From Azolla caroliniana (lineage: Eukaryota > Plantae > Polypodiophyta): 64,000 bases of DNA. Where the stretch lies: assembly GCA_043228905.1 (NCBI GenBank), contig JBHGNT010000001.1:18848001-18912000 (forward strand), written 5' to 3'. This document shows, piece by piece, positions 12,868 through 26,322 of this stretch. The notes under the pieces were generated by a model. The model saw only the letters and a list, made by a program, of their open reading frames with translations, was not told where the DNA came from and made no database searches. A program made the position numbers and the translations under genes. The first letter of the stretch is position 1. Each line of letters opens with the position of its first letter.

Positions 12868-14128
12868 AAAGTTGAGATTTTCCGGAGCCGAATCGGAGAC
12901 ACATATTCGAAGTGCCCTTCAAGTACCGGAGTATCCATTTGACCGCATTCCAGTGCTCCTTGCCGGGATTGCTCATGAACCGGCTCACCACGCCGACTGC
13001 GTATCCAATATCTGGTCGAGTACACACCATTGCGTACATTAAGCTCCCGACAACAGAGGCATATGGACCCTTCATCATATCCGCCTTCTCTGCTTTCGTC
13101 TTTGGGCTTTGCTTATCGGATAACCTGCAGTTTGCCGGAAGTGTTGATCCGACAGGTTTTGCATCTGACATGTTGAACCGCTTAAGCACCTTTGTCACGT
13201 ACTTCTCCTGTGACAGCCACAATTGCTTCATTGACCGGTCTTGGATAATATGCATCCCCAACATCTGTCTTGCCGGACCCAAGTCTTTCATTGAGAAGGT
13301 CTGGTTGAGAGCCGTCTTCAGCTTCCGTATTTTGGCTTGTTACCGTCCAACGATCAACATGTCGTCCACGTACAGAAGGAGTATCAGCAAGTCACCTCCT
13401 TCGAACTTCTTCACAAACACGCAGTGATCAGCCTGCGTCTCGTGGTACCCTTGATCGGTCATGAAGGAATCGAACTTCTGGTACCATTGTCGGGGGACCT
13501 GCTTCAACCCGTAGAGGCTCTTCTTCAACCGGCAAACCAGGTGCTCCTTCCCTTTCTCCACGAATCCTTCCGGTTGCTGCATGTAGATCTCCTCTTCGAG
13601 GTCACCGTGACGGAAGGTCGTCTTCATGTCCAGCTGCTCTACCTTGAGGTCCATGCTTGCCGCTATACTCAGCACCGTCTGGATGGAGGTCATCTTTACT
13701 ACCGGGGCAAATATCTCGTCGAAGTCCACACCCTTCTTCTGCTGGAACCCATTCACCACGATCCTGGCTTTGTATCTTGGGGGGTTGCCGGCATCTCCTG
13801 GTTTTAACTTGTACACCCACTTGTTTCGGAGTGCCTGCTTTCCTTTCGGCAACTCCACCAATTCGTACGTATGGTTCTCGTGAAGGGAATCCATCTCATC
13901 TTGCATGGCACTTAACCATTTGCGGCTGTGGGTGTCATCCTTCGCTTCTTCGAAGCTTTCTGGCTCCCCCTCATTGGTTAGCAGCACATGCTTTGCATCC
14001 GGAAATCTCCGGGGGGCCCTTCTCTCTCTGAGAGGATATCTCCGTCTTTGGGCTTCGGTAACCGGCTCCTCCATTTGCTCTTCATCCGAATCCGATTCGG
14101 GGTCTTGGCCGGTTCCGGTTTCAACTTC
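12868..14128 (-). pseudogene. C1 reverse transcriptase segment
   Basis: YKARIVVNGF, LKKSLYGLKQ, LLLYVDDML, YASVVGSLMYAM. Confidence 0.9.
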
Positions 14129-14577
14129 CTCTATGAAAAGACTGACGTGCGGAAGCAATATAGGAAAACCGAACAAAAGAAAACGCAGGTTTAATGGAAA
14201 GCTTAGGTCTTCATAGTAGGCCCAGGAGAGACAGAGAGAGAGTAACACAAGAACTTAAATTCAAAAAATAATACTCAATCTGTACATAGGATGTGCTCAG
14301 TGAGCACTTTTATACAAGCCCTGACAATGGGCTGACACAAGTACTGACAATACTTGACTGCTCATAAATGAGCCTCGACACTTACTCCCAAAACTATTCC
14401 TTACGAGGAATATCTTTCTAACGGCCTTTTGGTCTATGCACCGATACGGCCTTTCTACGCACCGGTCTGCGTACCAGTTTTATGCACCCAGTCTACGCAC
14501 TGGTTATGCATCGTATTACGCACAAATGTTGAGCTTGTCTCTCAACACTCCCCCTCAAGCTCAACTTGAGGTTCCGC

Positions 14578-17500
14578 CTACTCTGCCGGACCTACGCTCC
14601 GGCTTCTCCTAGCTCCACGCCTCGCTCGCGCTCCTCGACCTGTTCGACTCTGCGCGCTTCGACCCTTCTGGTCGACTTGTCTACTCCCACGGCCCTTCAC
14701 AGATCCCTTGCTGTCGCGGTGTTGGCGCTTCTCCTGCTGCCTTCTTTTCCGCTTGGCCCTCAGTTGATTCAGAGTATCTGAATCAAACATCTGAACCAAT
14801 TTGGCTACCTCCGATCGGTTTTCGCTCTCGTCCGAGCTCTCATCCGAGTTGGCTATCTCCAACTGGTCTCCGGTCTTCTCGCTCTTGATGGCGTCATCTC
14901 CCCCATGCCTGGTTGGCTTTGGCTCTTTCTTTCGGCTACTCCCCTTGTGTCCGCTTTCGGACTCTTCCGCGGATCCGCTCTCAGCTTCTTCAGCCGATCC
15001 GAGGTCTTTTTCACTCCTTTCCTGCTCCCTTTCGTGGTCATCTGGGACGTTTCTCCCCCTCAAGTTCGGCACGTCGAAGTGACGCAACCCAAGAGCACCC
15101 GAAAATTGCCGCAACTTGTCCAAACCAAGAGGCTTGGTGAAGATGTCGGCGGTCTGCCGATCCGTCGGAACATATTGAGGTTCGACTTCACCAGAAAGGA
15201 CACGCTCTCAGACAAAATGGTAGTGCACCTCAATGTGCTTGGTCCGTGCGTGGAAGACGGGGTTCTTCGCGATTTGGATGCTGCTGAGGTTGTCGCAGTA
15301 GATCGTCGTTGGATCGGATACCTCCTCCTGCAGATCCTTAAGTAGCTGCTTCAACCAAATGGCTTCGCATGTTGCGACAACCGCTCCTCTATACTCGACT
15401 TCGGTGCTCGACAGGGCAACTGTCGGCTGCTTCTTGCTACTCCACGCTATCGCGGCACTCCCAAGAGAGAACACATGTCCGGACGTGGATCGGCGATTGG
15501 CGACATTGCCGGCCCAGTCAGCATCAGTGTAGCCGACCAACTGCGGGGCTGTATTGGTCCTTAGTGCCACTTACGTACTGCAGTACGCGTTGCGCACACT
15601 GAAGGTGCTCCTCGGTAGGTTGCACCATGAATTGACTGATCACCCTGACCGGATAACTGAGATCAGGTCGGGTGATGGTCAAGTAGATAAGGCTTCCAAC
15701 AACTTGTCGGAACCTTGTCGGATCGCAAACCTTGCCAGAATTGGGGCGAAGCTTGACAGTTTTGTCCAGAGGAGTCGAGACGAACTTACAGTCTGCCATC
15801 CCGAATTTGAAGAGCATATTCAACGCGTAATGACGTTGGCTGATTAGTATGCCTTCGGGGGTGCGGATCACTTCGATCCCGAGGAAGTAATGAAGGTCCC
15901 CCAGATCCTTCATGTCGAATGATGCCGCAAGCTAGAGCTTCACGCGGTTGATTTCTCCTAGGTCGGCGCCGGTGATGACCAAGTCATCAACATAGAGTAA
16001 AATACTGACCAGCCCGAGTCGACCTTTCCGAATGACCAATGAGGAGTCCGATTTTCACGTCGCAAAGCCCATCCGACGTAGCCGATGCGTGATTTTCGCA
16101 TTCCAGGCATGCGGGGCTTGCTTCAGTCCGTAACGGGACTTCTTCAATCGGCATATTGCCGACGTGTTCGGTCCGTAGTGAAATCCGGGGGGCTGAACCA
16201 TGTACACTTGGTCCTCAAGCTCACCTTGTAGGAATGCATTCTTTACATCCATCTGATGTAGATGCCACCCCTTGGCCGCGGCTACTGCGAGCAAAACACG
16301 GACTGTCGTCATCTTTGCGACCGGCGCGAACGTCTCATCGTAGTCGATGCCGTGTTTCTACGCGTAGCCTTTTGCCACTAACCGGGCCTTGTATCGGTTG
16401 ACCGAGCCGTCGGTGTTGTACTTAACTTTGTACACCCACCTACATCCGATCGGCTTCACACCCTTCGGTGCGTCAACCAGGTCCCATGTCTCGTTTTCTG
16501 CCAATGCGTGCATCTCTTCCTCCATCGCGGCGCGCCAATTCGCGTCCTTCGCCGCTTCTGCGTAGCTCTCCGGCTCACGCACCTCTGCTACGCGGGTCAT
16601 GTACGCATAGTGATGCGCCATGTACTCATTGTATCCGAACCGCACAACTGGGTTCTTTTAGCAGGTAGATCAGCGCAATCAGTCATTTGCCGATGTCGAG
16701 GCCTTCTCGGCTGACGCAGACTTCTCGGCTTTTGCATCCAACTTCCTCCTTTTCTCCTTCCGCACATGTACATACGCAATGCTACCGAAAACTCGTAAGT
16801 GTCGCAAGTTCGGCTTTGTTCCAAAGTATAGCTCGTGCGATGACACTTTTTCTCCGATCCGGTTTTGGATGTATACCGCGGTTCTTACTGCCTCGGCCGA
16901 ATAGAACTTGTGCAAGCTCTTCTCCTCCAGCATTGCGAGTGCAGCTTCAACAACTGACCAATTTTTTCTCTCGGCCACGCCGTTTTGCTCCGGCGTGTAT
17001 CTACAACTTAATTCGCACCGAATTCCCATCTGTTGTAGATAATCGTTGAATTGACCGGAAAAATATTCTTTTTCGCCATCCGACCGTAGGCACTTGATCT
17101 TTCTTCCAGTTTCCGTTTCCACGAACCCTTTGAGGTCCCGGAAACAGTCGAAGACTTTGCTTTTCCTCTCAATGAGGTAGATCCACGTGTGCCGCATGTA
17201 GTCGTCGATGAAGGAGACAAAATATCGGCTCCCGCCAAGACTAACGTTTTGTGCCGGCCCCCACACATCAGAGTGTATCAAGTCTAGCTTATTCCGGCTC
17301 CGATTACGCTCGTTTGGGAAAGGAAGTCGGTGTTGCTTCCCAAACTGGCAGGCTTCACAAATTTGTGCCTTCCGGCCACTAAATTTGGGCAATCCAAACA
17401 CCACTTGTTTCGATTGGAGGTCTTGAAGCCGCTGGTAGTTGACGTGGCCTATCCATTTGTGCCATAAGTCGATGTCCGACTCGACTTTTTGTCCCTTCGC

Positions 17501-17830
17501 GAACATTGCGGTGCCACCGTCAGTAGAGTTGAGGATAAACATCCTCCCATCTCTGCGTCCTTGCGCAATAATACAGCCTTCTTCCTCAATGAAGCACCCA
17601 AGATGCGTAAACCGAACCTGCATCCCCTGGACGACGATCTGCCCGACCGACACCAGATTCTTCGTGATGGTCGGGACGTGTAACACGTTCATAAGTTTCC
17701 CTTTCTGCCCGACATGGCTCAAGGGAACTTCACTGACATTCGCGATCAGATGCGGAGTGTCGTCTCCAATTGCGACTACTCCTGGTTGCGTCGGTTTCTC
17801 AAGGTATGAGAACCACTCCTTGTGGCACGT
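14578..17830 (-). pseudogene. C4 pol (PR end, INT, RT, RNase H and a charged C-terminal extension), disrupted
   Basis: [50 protein letters not shown], and a 181-aa extension ORF at 14578-15123. Confidence 0.9.
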
Positions 17831-18467
17831 TGTCGTGAAGAAAACCGTCCACAAGCGGAATCGGTGTACCGGAGCGTAGGAACCGACTCTTCATGCACGT
17901 GCGCCTTATGTTGTACATAGGAGATCCTAGGTAGATTCGGTAGGTAGGAAGTAAAGGGGAAACGACTCCTTCCTTGCCTATAAAAGGAGGGAGACGAGGA
18001 GGGGCGAAAGGGGATCGCGGAGAGTCGAGGACGAAGTGCTGTCGGATTAGGTGCGAAGGCTTCTCTCTCTCTCTCTCTGGTTCTAGACTCCATAGCTTCC
18101 ATCTGTGTAGGTTTCGGGAGGCTCGCGCTGCTCTGAGGAATGCCCGAGTGCTTCCGGAAGCACCTCCAACCTACTCCTTCCTTTCTGTGCGTTTACGAAC
18201 AGGTATCGGCATCTGTTCGCCGGCCTGTTCGGTTGTAACCGACTTCGTGCTTGTTGTCTGTCTTGTTTATATATGTTTCTACATACATTCGTGTCTCTCT
18301 GTGTCGCTGTCGCACTCGCGTCTCTGTGTCGAAGGGCTGTGTCCCTGTGAATCTACGCTCGCACCTTGTGGGTCACTTCCCCTCTCCTTTTCTCTCTTGC
18401 TCTTCGGTACAGGACCCCCGAGGTCCCGCGTCATTCCATGCATCCACGAGGGATACCTCGACATCTT

Positions 18468-18484
18468 TGGTGAACCCGACGTGA
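18468..18484 (+). promoter_or_regulatory. PBS complementary to the 3' end of plant tRNA-Trp
   Basis: TGGTGAACCCGACGTGA matches the recalled tRNA-Trp end ...TCACGTCGGGTTCA-CCA. Identical in A2 (36831-36847) and A3 (44690-44706). Confidence 0.85.
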
Positions 18485-18507
18485 AGGAGGCGGCAGAAGA
18501 GCAGAAG

Positions 18508-20635
18508 ATGAAAGGGTCGGATCTTGCAGAGGCCATGGCTTCGGCCGTGGATCGGATATTGAGTGCACGCGAGGGCACCGGCGCCCTCGACAGAGCCATT
18601 GAGGCGGTCGTCGGTACGATCGGCCGGTTCAGCGGAAAGGATGCCACGAAGTATTTGGCGTCCTACGGGGCAGAAATGCTGATGCGGGACATTCCGGAAG
18701 AGAGGCGTCTTGCCGGGTTTCCTCGAGTGGCGATGCCAAGCATCCATGCGGAGGTGCTCGAGGTGCGGGCGGAGAGCCGTACTTGGGAGGAGTTCGAAGG
18801 CCGACTCCTAGAAAAATACGGGCTGGACGACGCGCTCCGGCTTTCAAAAAGGAACTTCATGGAATGGGTGGAGTTCCCCGGCAAGGGAAGAAACGCGACG
18901 ACACTTCTCCGGGAGTTCGAAGAACGCTTTGCGCGCCTTTCGGCGCTTGACCGAACCGTTCTGGATACGAGCCGGGTCCTACTGTTCGTCAAGTCGGTGG
19001 ACGAGCGGGACCGGGACCAAGTCGGCTCCTTGCTGGAAACCGAGGACGGGCTGACAACCGACTGGGCTGCGGTTAAGAGAGTCTGTGGCCGTTTCGATAA
19101 ACGGCGAGAATGGGCTGACAACGGGGTGGCCGGTGCGGGCTCTGTCACAGCAAGGAGGCTTGAACCGGCACCGCAAGTGCGAAGGGAAGAAACCCGCGAA
19201 TGGCTCGAAACCGGTCCGGCTTCGACCGGCATGGTCAATGGCTCGTCCGGAGGAGCAGCGCTGGAGGAATTGATGCGGGCGATAAAGGATCTCCAGATCG
19301 CCCAGACTCGAAGGGAAGGCGGCGAACCGGCTTGTGACCGACGGCCGGCAGCGGGGAACAGGTGCATGTGGTGCGACGAGGTCGGCCACATTCGGAAGGA
19401 CTGCGGCGATTTCGCAGAAGCGTTGAGGAACCGGGTGGTGTACCTGTGGGAAGGCCGGGTGCAGGCCGGCGACACCAGGAGGGCCCTGAACCGAAACGAC
19501 GGACGAGGAGGTATGAAGAGACTGATGGAAGAGGCAGCGGCCCGACACGTGGAAGCCATCCACTACTCGGCGTCGGGCGGCATTCGGGTCGGGTGCAGCG
19601 AGGCCCGAAAGGAGGGCAAAGACGGATTCTGGGCGGTAATGCTGGAAGGTCTTGCCGGTGCACGGCTAAGGAAAGATGAAACGGACCGCGTTGAGAGACG
19701 GGTCCGGGAAATAACCGGGTGGAGCGATCCGATCGAGGAGAAGACGGGCTTCGTAGAAGCCGCCTGCCGGAACTACGAGGCTCTGGTAGAAGACAAGCGA
19801 GTGGGGAAAGCCGGAGCGGCCGGGCCTTCACAACGGTACGAGACCCGATTCGGGCAACGACGGAACGATGCCGGCGGGTCCAGCTCGCAAGATAACCCCA
19901 GGAAGGGCGGATACCGACTGGGGACAGAAATAGAAAGGACTACGGACCTACGGAAGGTCCTAGAGGAACGGATCCTCGACAGCAAAGTGGAGTTGTCATT
20001 GCGAGAGGTGCTAGGGATCGCCAAGAAGGAGTTCCACGACTCCATTGTAGACTTGGTGAAACGGAAGAGGCTGTCGACGGAGACGGATCCGGAAAGACCG
20101 GTAGAGGTGCGGACGACGCACATCGACGACTCGGCGCTGGCAGATGAGTGGGCGGAGAGCCACTATTCGAGGCCACACTGGGCCCGAGCGACCACGTAGA
20201 CCCCGATAAAGATCGGAGATGTTCAGGAACCAGTGGTGGCGTTGGTGGACCACGATTCGGAAATAAACCTGATGTCCATGGACTTCTATAAGAAGGGGAA
20301 GTGGCCGATCAACACCAACGCCACCGAGGAAGATACGGGCGGCGACGCGCGCCACCGAGGAACTGCATGGGGCCTGCCCGAACATGCGAGTCAAGATCAG
20401 CAACGTCGAGATTGACCAGCACTTCTTCGTACAGGAGACGTCCTCGCACCCGGTCATATTAGGTGAACCATACATCACGGCGGCGCGGATGGACACCAAA
20501 GTGCTGGACAACGGGTCGGCCTACGCGAGGGTCAAAAGCCAGGACGGGCGCCATTCGGTCCAATTTCTGACGGTGCCGCCGAACCACGAGAGAAACCGCG
20601 AATCCCTCGGTGGCGAGAACCGGGAGGATTTTTAG
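18508..20635 (+). pseudogene. A1 gag-protease ORF (one stop, frameshift)
   Basis: CMWCDEVGHIRKDC zinc knuckle and LVDHDSEIN protease; ends ENREDF*. Confidence 0.88.
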
Positions 20636-23600
20636 AGAGGGCTGCCAAGGCGTGGGGCCGAGACAGCCCGGACACTCGGAAAAGACCCCACGACTGTACG
20701 ATAGGTAGGAAAATTTGCTTCTCCAACTATGGGGGGTGTATGATAGTCGGCATCGTTGGGCGAGAAAAGACAAGGGCGGAAGTGCGACTTCGAGCGTGCA
20801 GAGTTCTTGGCCCGGACGAGGAAATCAGCAGAGCCGTGGAGGCGGTCTCCTTCGACGACACCTTGGGGATGCTGAGGAAGGTTGCCGGAGAAGACCTTAA
20901 CGAAGACCGGACGATACCGGTATGTTCCGAAGAGATGTACGAAGTCATCGCGAACTTCAGTCGGGGGCTCGGGTCGGATCGGACGGCCCGAGTTAGCACA
21001 AAGTACAAGACTGTGGACCGGAAGGTAAGGCCAGTCGCGGCACCCTTACCGGAGGGCAGCGAGTCCCGGATCAGAGGGGTTGCGTCGGACCCTAGTTTAC
21101 GAGATCCGGCTTGCATAGGACACACCTTCACCGACGGGACGCTCTAGGAGCTCAAAATCGGTGGGGGTGGGTTCCTACTGCCGGCGGAGGAAGACCGGTT
21201 TCGGAGGATGCTCGGAAGGCACGGGAAAGCCTTCGCATTCTCACCGGAAGAGATCGGGTGCATAGACCCGACGATCGTGGAGCCGATGGTGATATTCACG
21301 GTACCGCATGTGCCGTGGAATCTCAAGCCGATTCCGGTACCGAGAGCTCACATCCCAAAGTTGATGGAGCTATTGAGGCAGAAAGTAGATATGGGCATTC
21401 TTGAACCGTCGAGTGCCCCATACTCGAACCGATGGTTTACCGTACCGAAGAAAAACGGAACATTGCGCTTCATTCAAGACCTGCAGCCGGTCAACAAAGT
21501 GACCATTCGGAACGCAGGAATCGGACCGACCATAGACGAGTTCGCGGAGGCCTTTGCCGGAAGGTCGATTTACTCGGTCGGTGATCTGTACTGAGGGTAC
21601 GACCAGTTCCAGCTAGCCGTGGAGAGCAGAGACATTACGACAATGCGAACTCCCCTCGGCCTAGTGCGAATGTGTACCCTGCCACAAGGAGGGACTAACT
21701 CGGTGGCCCACATGGTGAATGCAATGAACAAGGTACTGAGGGATTGCATCCCGGACATCACCATGCCATTTCTGGACGACATCCCGATTAAGGGGTGCCC
21801 GGTGGAAGAGAAGGACGAGACAGTCGGGCCGGACGGATGCCGGCGATTCGTGGCAACACACATCGACGACTGCGAGAAGGTGCTACAAAGGCTAGAGGAT
21901 GCGAGGCTCACCTTCTCCGGGGAGAAATCGGCCTTCGGGCAATCGGAAATCCTGGTGGTCGGACACCTATGTGGACCCTATGGCCGGAAGCCGTCTCCGG
22001 CAAAGGTAGAAGCCATCTCCGCGATGAAGACCGACTGTAGCTCGGTTACAGAAGTTCAGAGGTTCCTGGGGGCATGCGCGTTCTACCACATATGGATCCC
22101 GCATTACGCCCACGTTGCGGAGCCGCTATACGGGTTGCTGAAGAAAGGGCGAAAATTCGAGTGGCGAGACGAGCAAACGGAGTCGGTCCGGAAGCTGAAG
22201 GAAGCTCTTGCGGCAGCACCGGCGCTCCGGAAGGCTGTCTACGAGAAGGGTACCCCGGTATACATAACGGTGGATACGAGTCCGACCGGGATAGGATGGG
22301 TCGTCAACCAAGAAGACGGGGACGGCATTAGGTTCCCGATCCGATTCGGCGCGAAGGTCCTCAGTGAACGACAGCGAGGGTACGCCCAGGTTAAACGCGA
22401 ACTCTGGGGTATCGTTTTGGCAGTAAAGGCCGACAAAGACTACCTGATCGGGACAGAAGTGGTTATCGAGACGGATTGCCTGCCGATTCTCGGCATGGTT
22501 TCCGGATGCGCGACACCAGACCTGGCGATGCTTAGGTGGATAGCGTACATCAAGTCCCTGGACCCGGAAATACGACACGTTTCCGGAAAAGACAACGCCA
22601 TGGCCGACATGCTTTCGAGGGCGAGGTTTGATGACGAGGGCGGCATGGTTTCGGAGGACGAAGAAGTCGGCGTGGACTTCTTCGAGGCGGCGTACGTGAC
22701 GACCAATGGGGCGAGCACTCCGGCACTTAACGGCTTCGATGAGAGCAAGTACGACGGCGAGTGGCTACAGATCGGTGGATTTTTGAGGACAATGACGCCG
22801 GATGCGTCATGGATGAAGGACAAGGCCAACCGGATCCGGAAGAAAGCATACCGATTCTTTCTCCGGGACGGATACTTATGGAAGCACCCTAAGAAGAGGA
22901 ACGGCGTCCCGCTCCGGGTGGTGGCGATGAAGGAAGAACAGGAGGAGCTGCTGACGACCTACCACGACAGCCCTTGGGCTGGACACCGTGGAACGTGGGC
23001 CACGTTCGAGAAGATAAAGGGGAAGTACTGGTGGTCGGGACTGTACCGGGACGTGCATCGGTTCGTGACAACTTGCGAGAGCTGTCAGATGCACTCCATA
23101 GTCCGACATCGGGACGAGCTTCACCCCACGTACCCTCCGACCATCCACTTCAAATGGATGGTAGATCTGGTGATGATGCCGATGGGAGTAGGACAGATGC
23201 GGTATCTGGTCCTGGCTCGGGAAGATCTGACGAACCAGGTAAAGGCTGAGCCCTTCAGAACAAATCGACCACGGCCGTGTGTCGGTTCCTGATCGAGGAT
23301 GTGATATGCCGGTACGGGTGCGTCGGGAAGATAGTGGCTGATCGCGGGGAGTTGGACGTTGAAGAGGCCGAGGAGCTGTTCGACCGGCTAGGAGTCAAGC
23401 TCTCGCTTACCACTGCGTACAATCCGGAGGCGAATGGAAAGGTGGAGCGCGGACACGGACCGATCGTCAAGGCGTTAGTTCGGGCATGCGGAGGTCAAGT
23501 CGGGAACTGGTCGCGGCTGCTGCGTTACGCGTTGTGGGCGGACCGAACTACGCACAGTTCGGTAACCGGGTTCATGCCGGCAAAACTCATGATTGGGCAG

Positions 23601-24098
23601 AAGCCGGTCATGCCGATGGAACGTACGATCTCCTCGTGGGCAACCGTGGACTGGAGAGACGAGATGAGCCGGGAGGAATTGCTGGCGGCGCGTATACGAC
23701 AGCTCGAGCGAAGACCGGAGGACGTGGAGCAGGCTACGGAAAAGCTTCGGGAAGCAAGGATGAGGAACAAAGCCCGGTTCGACCGAACGCACCGGCTCCG
23801 ACCGAAGAAGATCGAGGAAGGCGACTGGGTGCTAGTCTACGACAGCAGCCTTGACAACCAGCACCGAGCGACACAGAAGTTTGCAAGAAGGTGGTTCGGG
23901 CCTTACGTGGTACAAAGCGCCAACGACAACGGGACGTACCATCTGGCGGAACTCGACGGTACGAGAATGGCGATACCGGTAGCTGGGAAGCGGATCAAAG
24001 CGTTCAAGAAACGTTACGACGACGAGCCGGATCCGGTTGACTTGGACCGCGACAACGGGCGATCCGAAACCGAGGAAGAACCGACGGGCGGAGAATGA
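20632..24098 (+). pseudogene. A1 pol (RT, RNase H, integrase) in the -1 frame, with stops and a frameshift
   Basis: LPQGGTNS and PFLDD (RT), TVDTSPTG and ETDC (RH), H..H..C..C and NPEANGKVERGH (INT). Confidence 0.92.
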
Positions 24099-24809
24099 AG
24101 GCTGGACCGGTTTTCTCCGTCCCAACACAATTTGGCGCATGCCGGTGGATGCGCGGTTAGGTGGGGGCGGATGTCGTGAAGAAAACCGTCCACAAGCGGA
24201 ATCGGTGTACCGGAGCGTAGGAACCGACTCTTCATGCACGTGCGCCTTATATTGTACATAGGAGATCCTAGGTAGATTCGGTAGGTAGGAAGTAAAGGGG
24301 AAACGGCTCCTTCCTTGCCTATAAAAGGAGGGAGACGAGGAGGGGCGAAAGGGGATCGCGGAGAGTCGAGGACGAAGTGCTGTCGGATTGGGTGTGAAGG
24401 CTTCTCTCTCTCTCTCTCTGGTTCGCAGACTCCATAGCTTCCATCTGTGTAGGTTTCGGGAGGCTCGCGCTGCTCTGAGGAATGCCCGAGTGCTTCCGGC
24501 AGCACCTCCAACCTACTCCTTCCTTTCTGTGCGTTTACGAACAGGTATCGGCATCTGTTCGCCGGCCTGTTCGGTTGTAACCGACGTCGTGCTTGTTGTC
24601 TGTCTTGTTTATATATATTTCTACATACATTCGTGTCTCTCTGTGTCGCTGTCGCACTCGCATCTCTGTGTCGAAGGGCCATGTCCCTGTGAATCTACGC
24701 TCACACCTTGTGGGTCTCTTCCCCTCTCCTTTTCTCTCTTGCTCTTCGGTACAGGACCCCCGAGGTCCCACCTCATTCCACGCATCCGCGAGGGATACCT
24801 CGACAACGT

Positions 24810-25820
24810 CATGTGGTTTGACGTGCCGGAGTCGACATACCACACCTTGTCTGATTTTGTGGTGGACTGTTTCATTGAGTTTGCTTCGTGTCTCATCACG
24901 AAGACTGACCCTTTTCCGGCTTTTCCGGATCCTTCGGCGTAGTGCGATTGCTGCCGATTTCCTTTGTCGGTATGTCTGGAACCAGACCTCTCCGACTCGG
25001 CGCGCTTCTTCTAGCACTTGCTCTCCCTGTGGCCTTTCTTGCCACAGTACGAACATTCCATGGCGGATTTCCCTTTCTGGTTCTCGTCGCCTTGACTCCC
25101 CCTGTTTCCGGAGGGTCCGGAATTGCAGTCGGCATCACTTCGATGCGTTCTTCCTTGATCCCGTCGGCCGCCTCCATTGCGTACCGACTCGCCTCGTCTG
25201 CCACGACCACGGGGCCTTTCTCCCTCCGTGTACAACATCTTGTTGTCGGTCTGCGTGCTCCTCCTCTACCAGGAGCATCGACTGTAAGTCGAAAAAGGAC
25301 GGCGTATTCTCCCGGGTACACACTGCAGTTCGGAACGCCCCGAACTTTGACGCCAAACCCCTGAGACAGACCTCAACCATCTCGCTTTCCTCGATGTTCA
25401 CATCAATGGAAGCTAAGGAGTCGCATATGTCCTTAATCCTCGACGTATAGTTAGCCACCGACAAATCGCGTTGTCGTAGGTTGCTCAACTCCTGTTGAAG
25501 CTGAAGCTTCCTGGCTATGGTGCTCGCGGCGAAAATCTTCTTTAGATCTTCCCATGCACCCTTCGGCGTTTTTGCATCCCGAACGTAGCTTAGCAGCTAT
25601 TCACCCACACAAGACGCGAAGTAGTATAACACTTTGCTCGCCGATTGTTCCCACGCCGGGAAGTCTTTGTGTGTCGAATCGGGTGTTGTGTCATTTGCTC
25701 CATCGACATAGCTCCAGTAACCATGTCCGAGCAGGTACTAGTGCATCTTGTAGGACCAAGATGCGTAGTTGGTTTTGTCGAGCTTCTCCGTTGGAAGCGA
25801 GCTAGCCATTCCTCTGTCCA
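24810..25820 (-). pseudogene. C4 gag and protease start
   Basis: FFDLQSMLLVEE, CSYCGKKGH, WYVDSGTSNHM. Frame joins 17826 once the 4-bp TSD is removed. Confidence 0.88.
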
Positions 25821-26322
25821 TCGTTTTCCTTGTTCTTCTTCGTTGGTTTTTCCTTCAAGCAAAGTCAACTGCAGAGGTTCTCAACCCTCGCGCTCTGATA
25901 CCATGAAAAGAATGACGTGCGGAAGCAATATAGGAAAACCGAACAAAAGAAAACGCAGGTTTAATGGAAAGCTTAGGTCTTCACAGTACGCACAGGAGAG
26001 ATAGAGAGAGAGTAACACAAGAACTTAAATTCAAAAAATAATACTCAATCTGTACATAGGATGTGCTCAGTGAGCACTTTTATACAAGCCCTGACAATGG
26101 GTTGACACAAGTACTGACAGTACTTGACTGCTCATAAATGAGCCTCTTCACTTACTCCCAAAACTATTCCTTACGAGAAATATCTTTCTAACGGCCTTTT
26201 GGTCTATGCACCGATACGGCCTTTCTACGCACCGGTCTGCGTACCGGTTTTATGCACCCAGTCTACGCACTGGTTACGCATCGTATTACGCACAAATGTT
26301 GAGCTTGTCTCTCAACACTCTA

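Larger units (their letters stand above)
17831..24805 (+). mobile_element. Gypsy A1 (non-chromovirus, tRNA-Trp-primed, possibly Phygy/Selgy-like), full length
   Basis: LTRs 17831-18463 and 24172-24805. 4-bp TSD ACGT. PBS TGGTGAACCCGACGTGA at 18468-18484. PPT AGGTGGGGGCGGA before 24172. Confidence 0.95.
14134..26317 (-). mobile_element. Copia C4 (related to C3/C5/C7), full length; hosts gypsy A1
   Basis: TSD CTCTA (14129-14133 / 26318-26322). 414-bp LTRs 14134-14547 and 25904-26317. PBS at 25892-25903. PPT at 14548-14560. Confidence 0.94.

Noticed and set aside
17974-18507. Long N-terminal extension of the 741-aa gag ORF
   Set aside because: It reads through LTR and PBS sequence; homology with A2/A3 begins only after the PBS.
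18663-19559. Long antisense ORFs in A1 and A2 gag (also 35840-36652)
   Set aside because: These are shadow frames of GC-rich coding DNA, with no equivalent long ORF in AT-rich A3.
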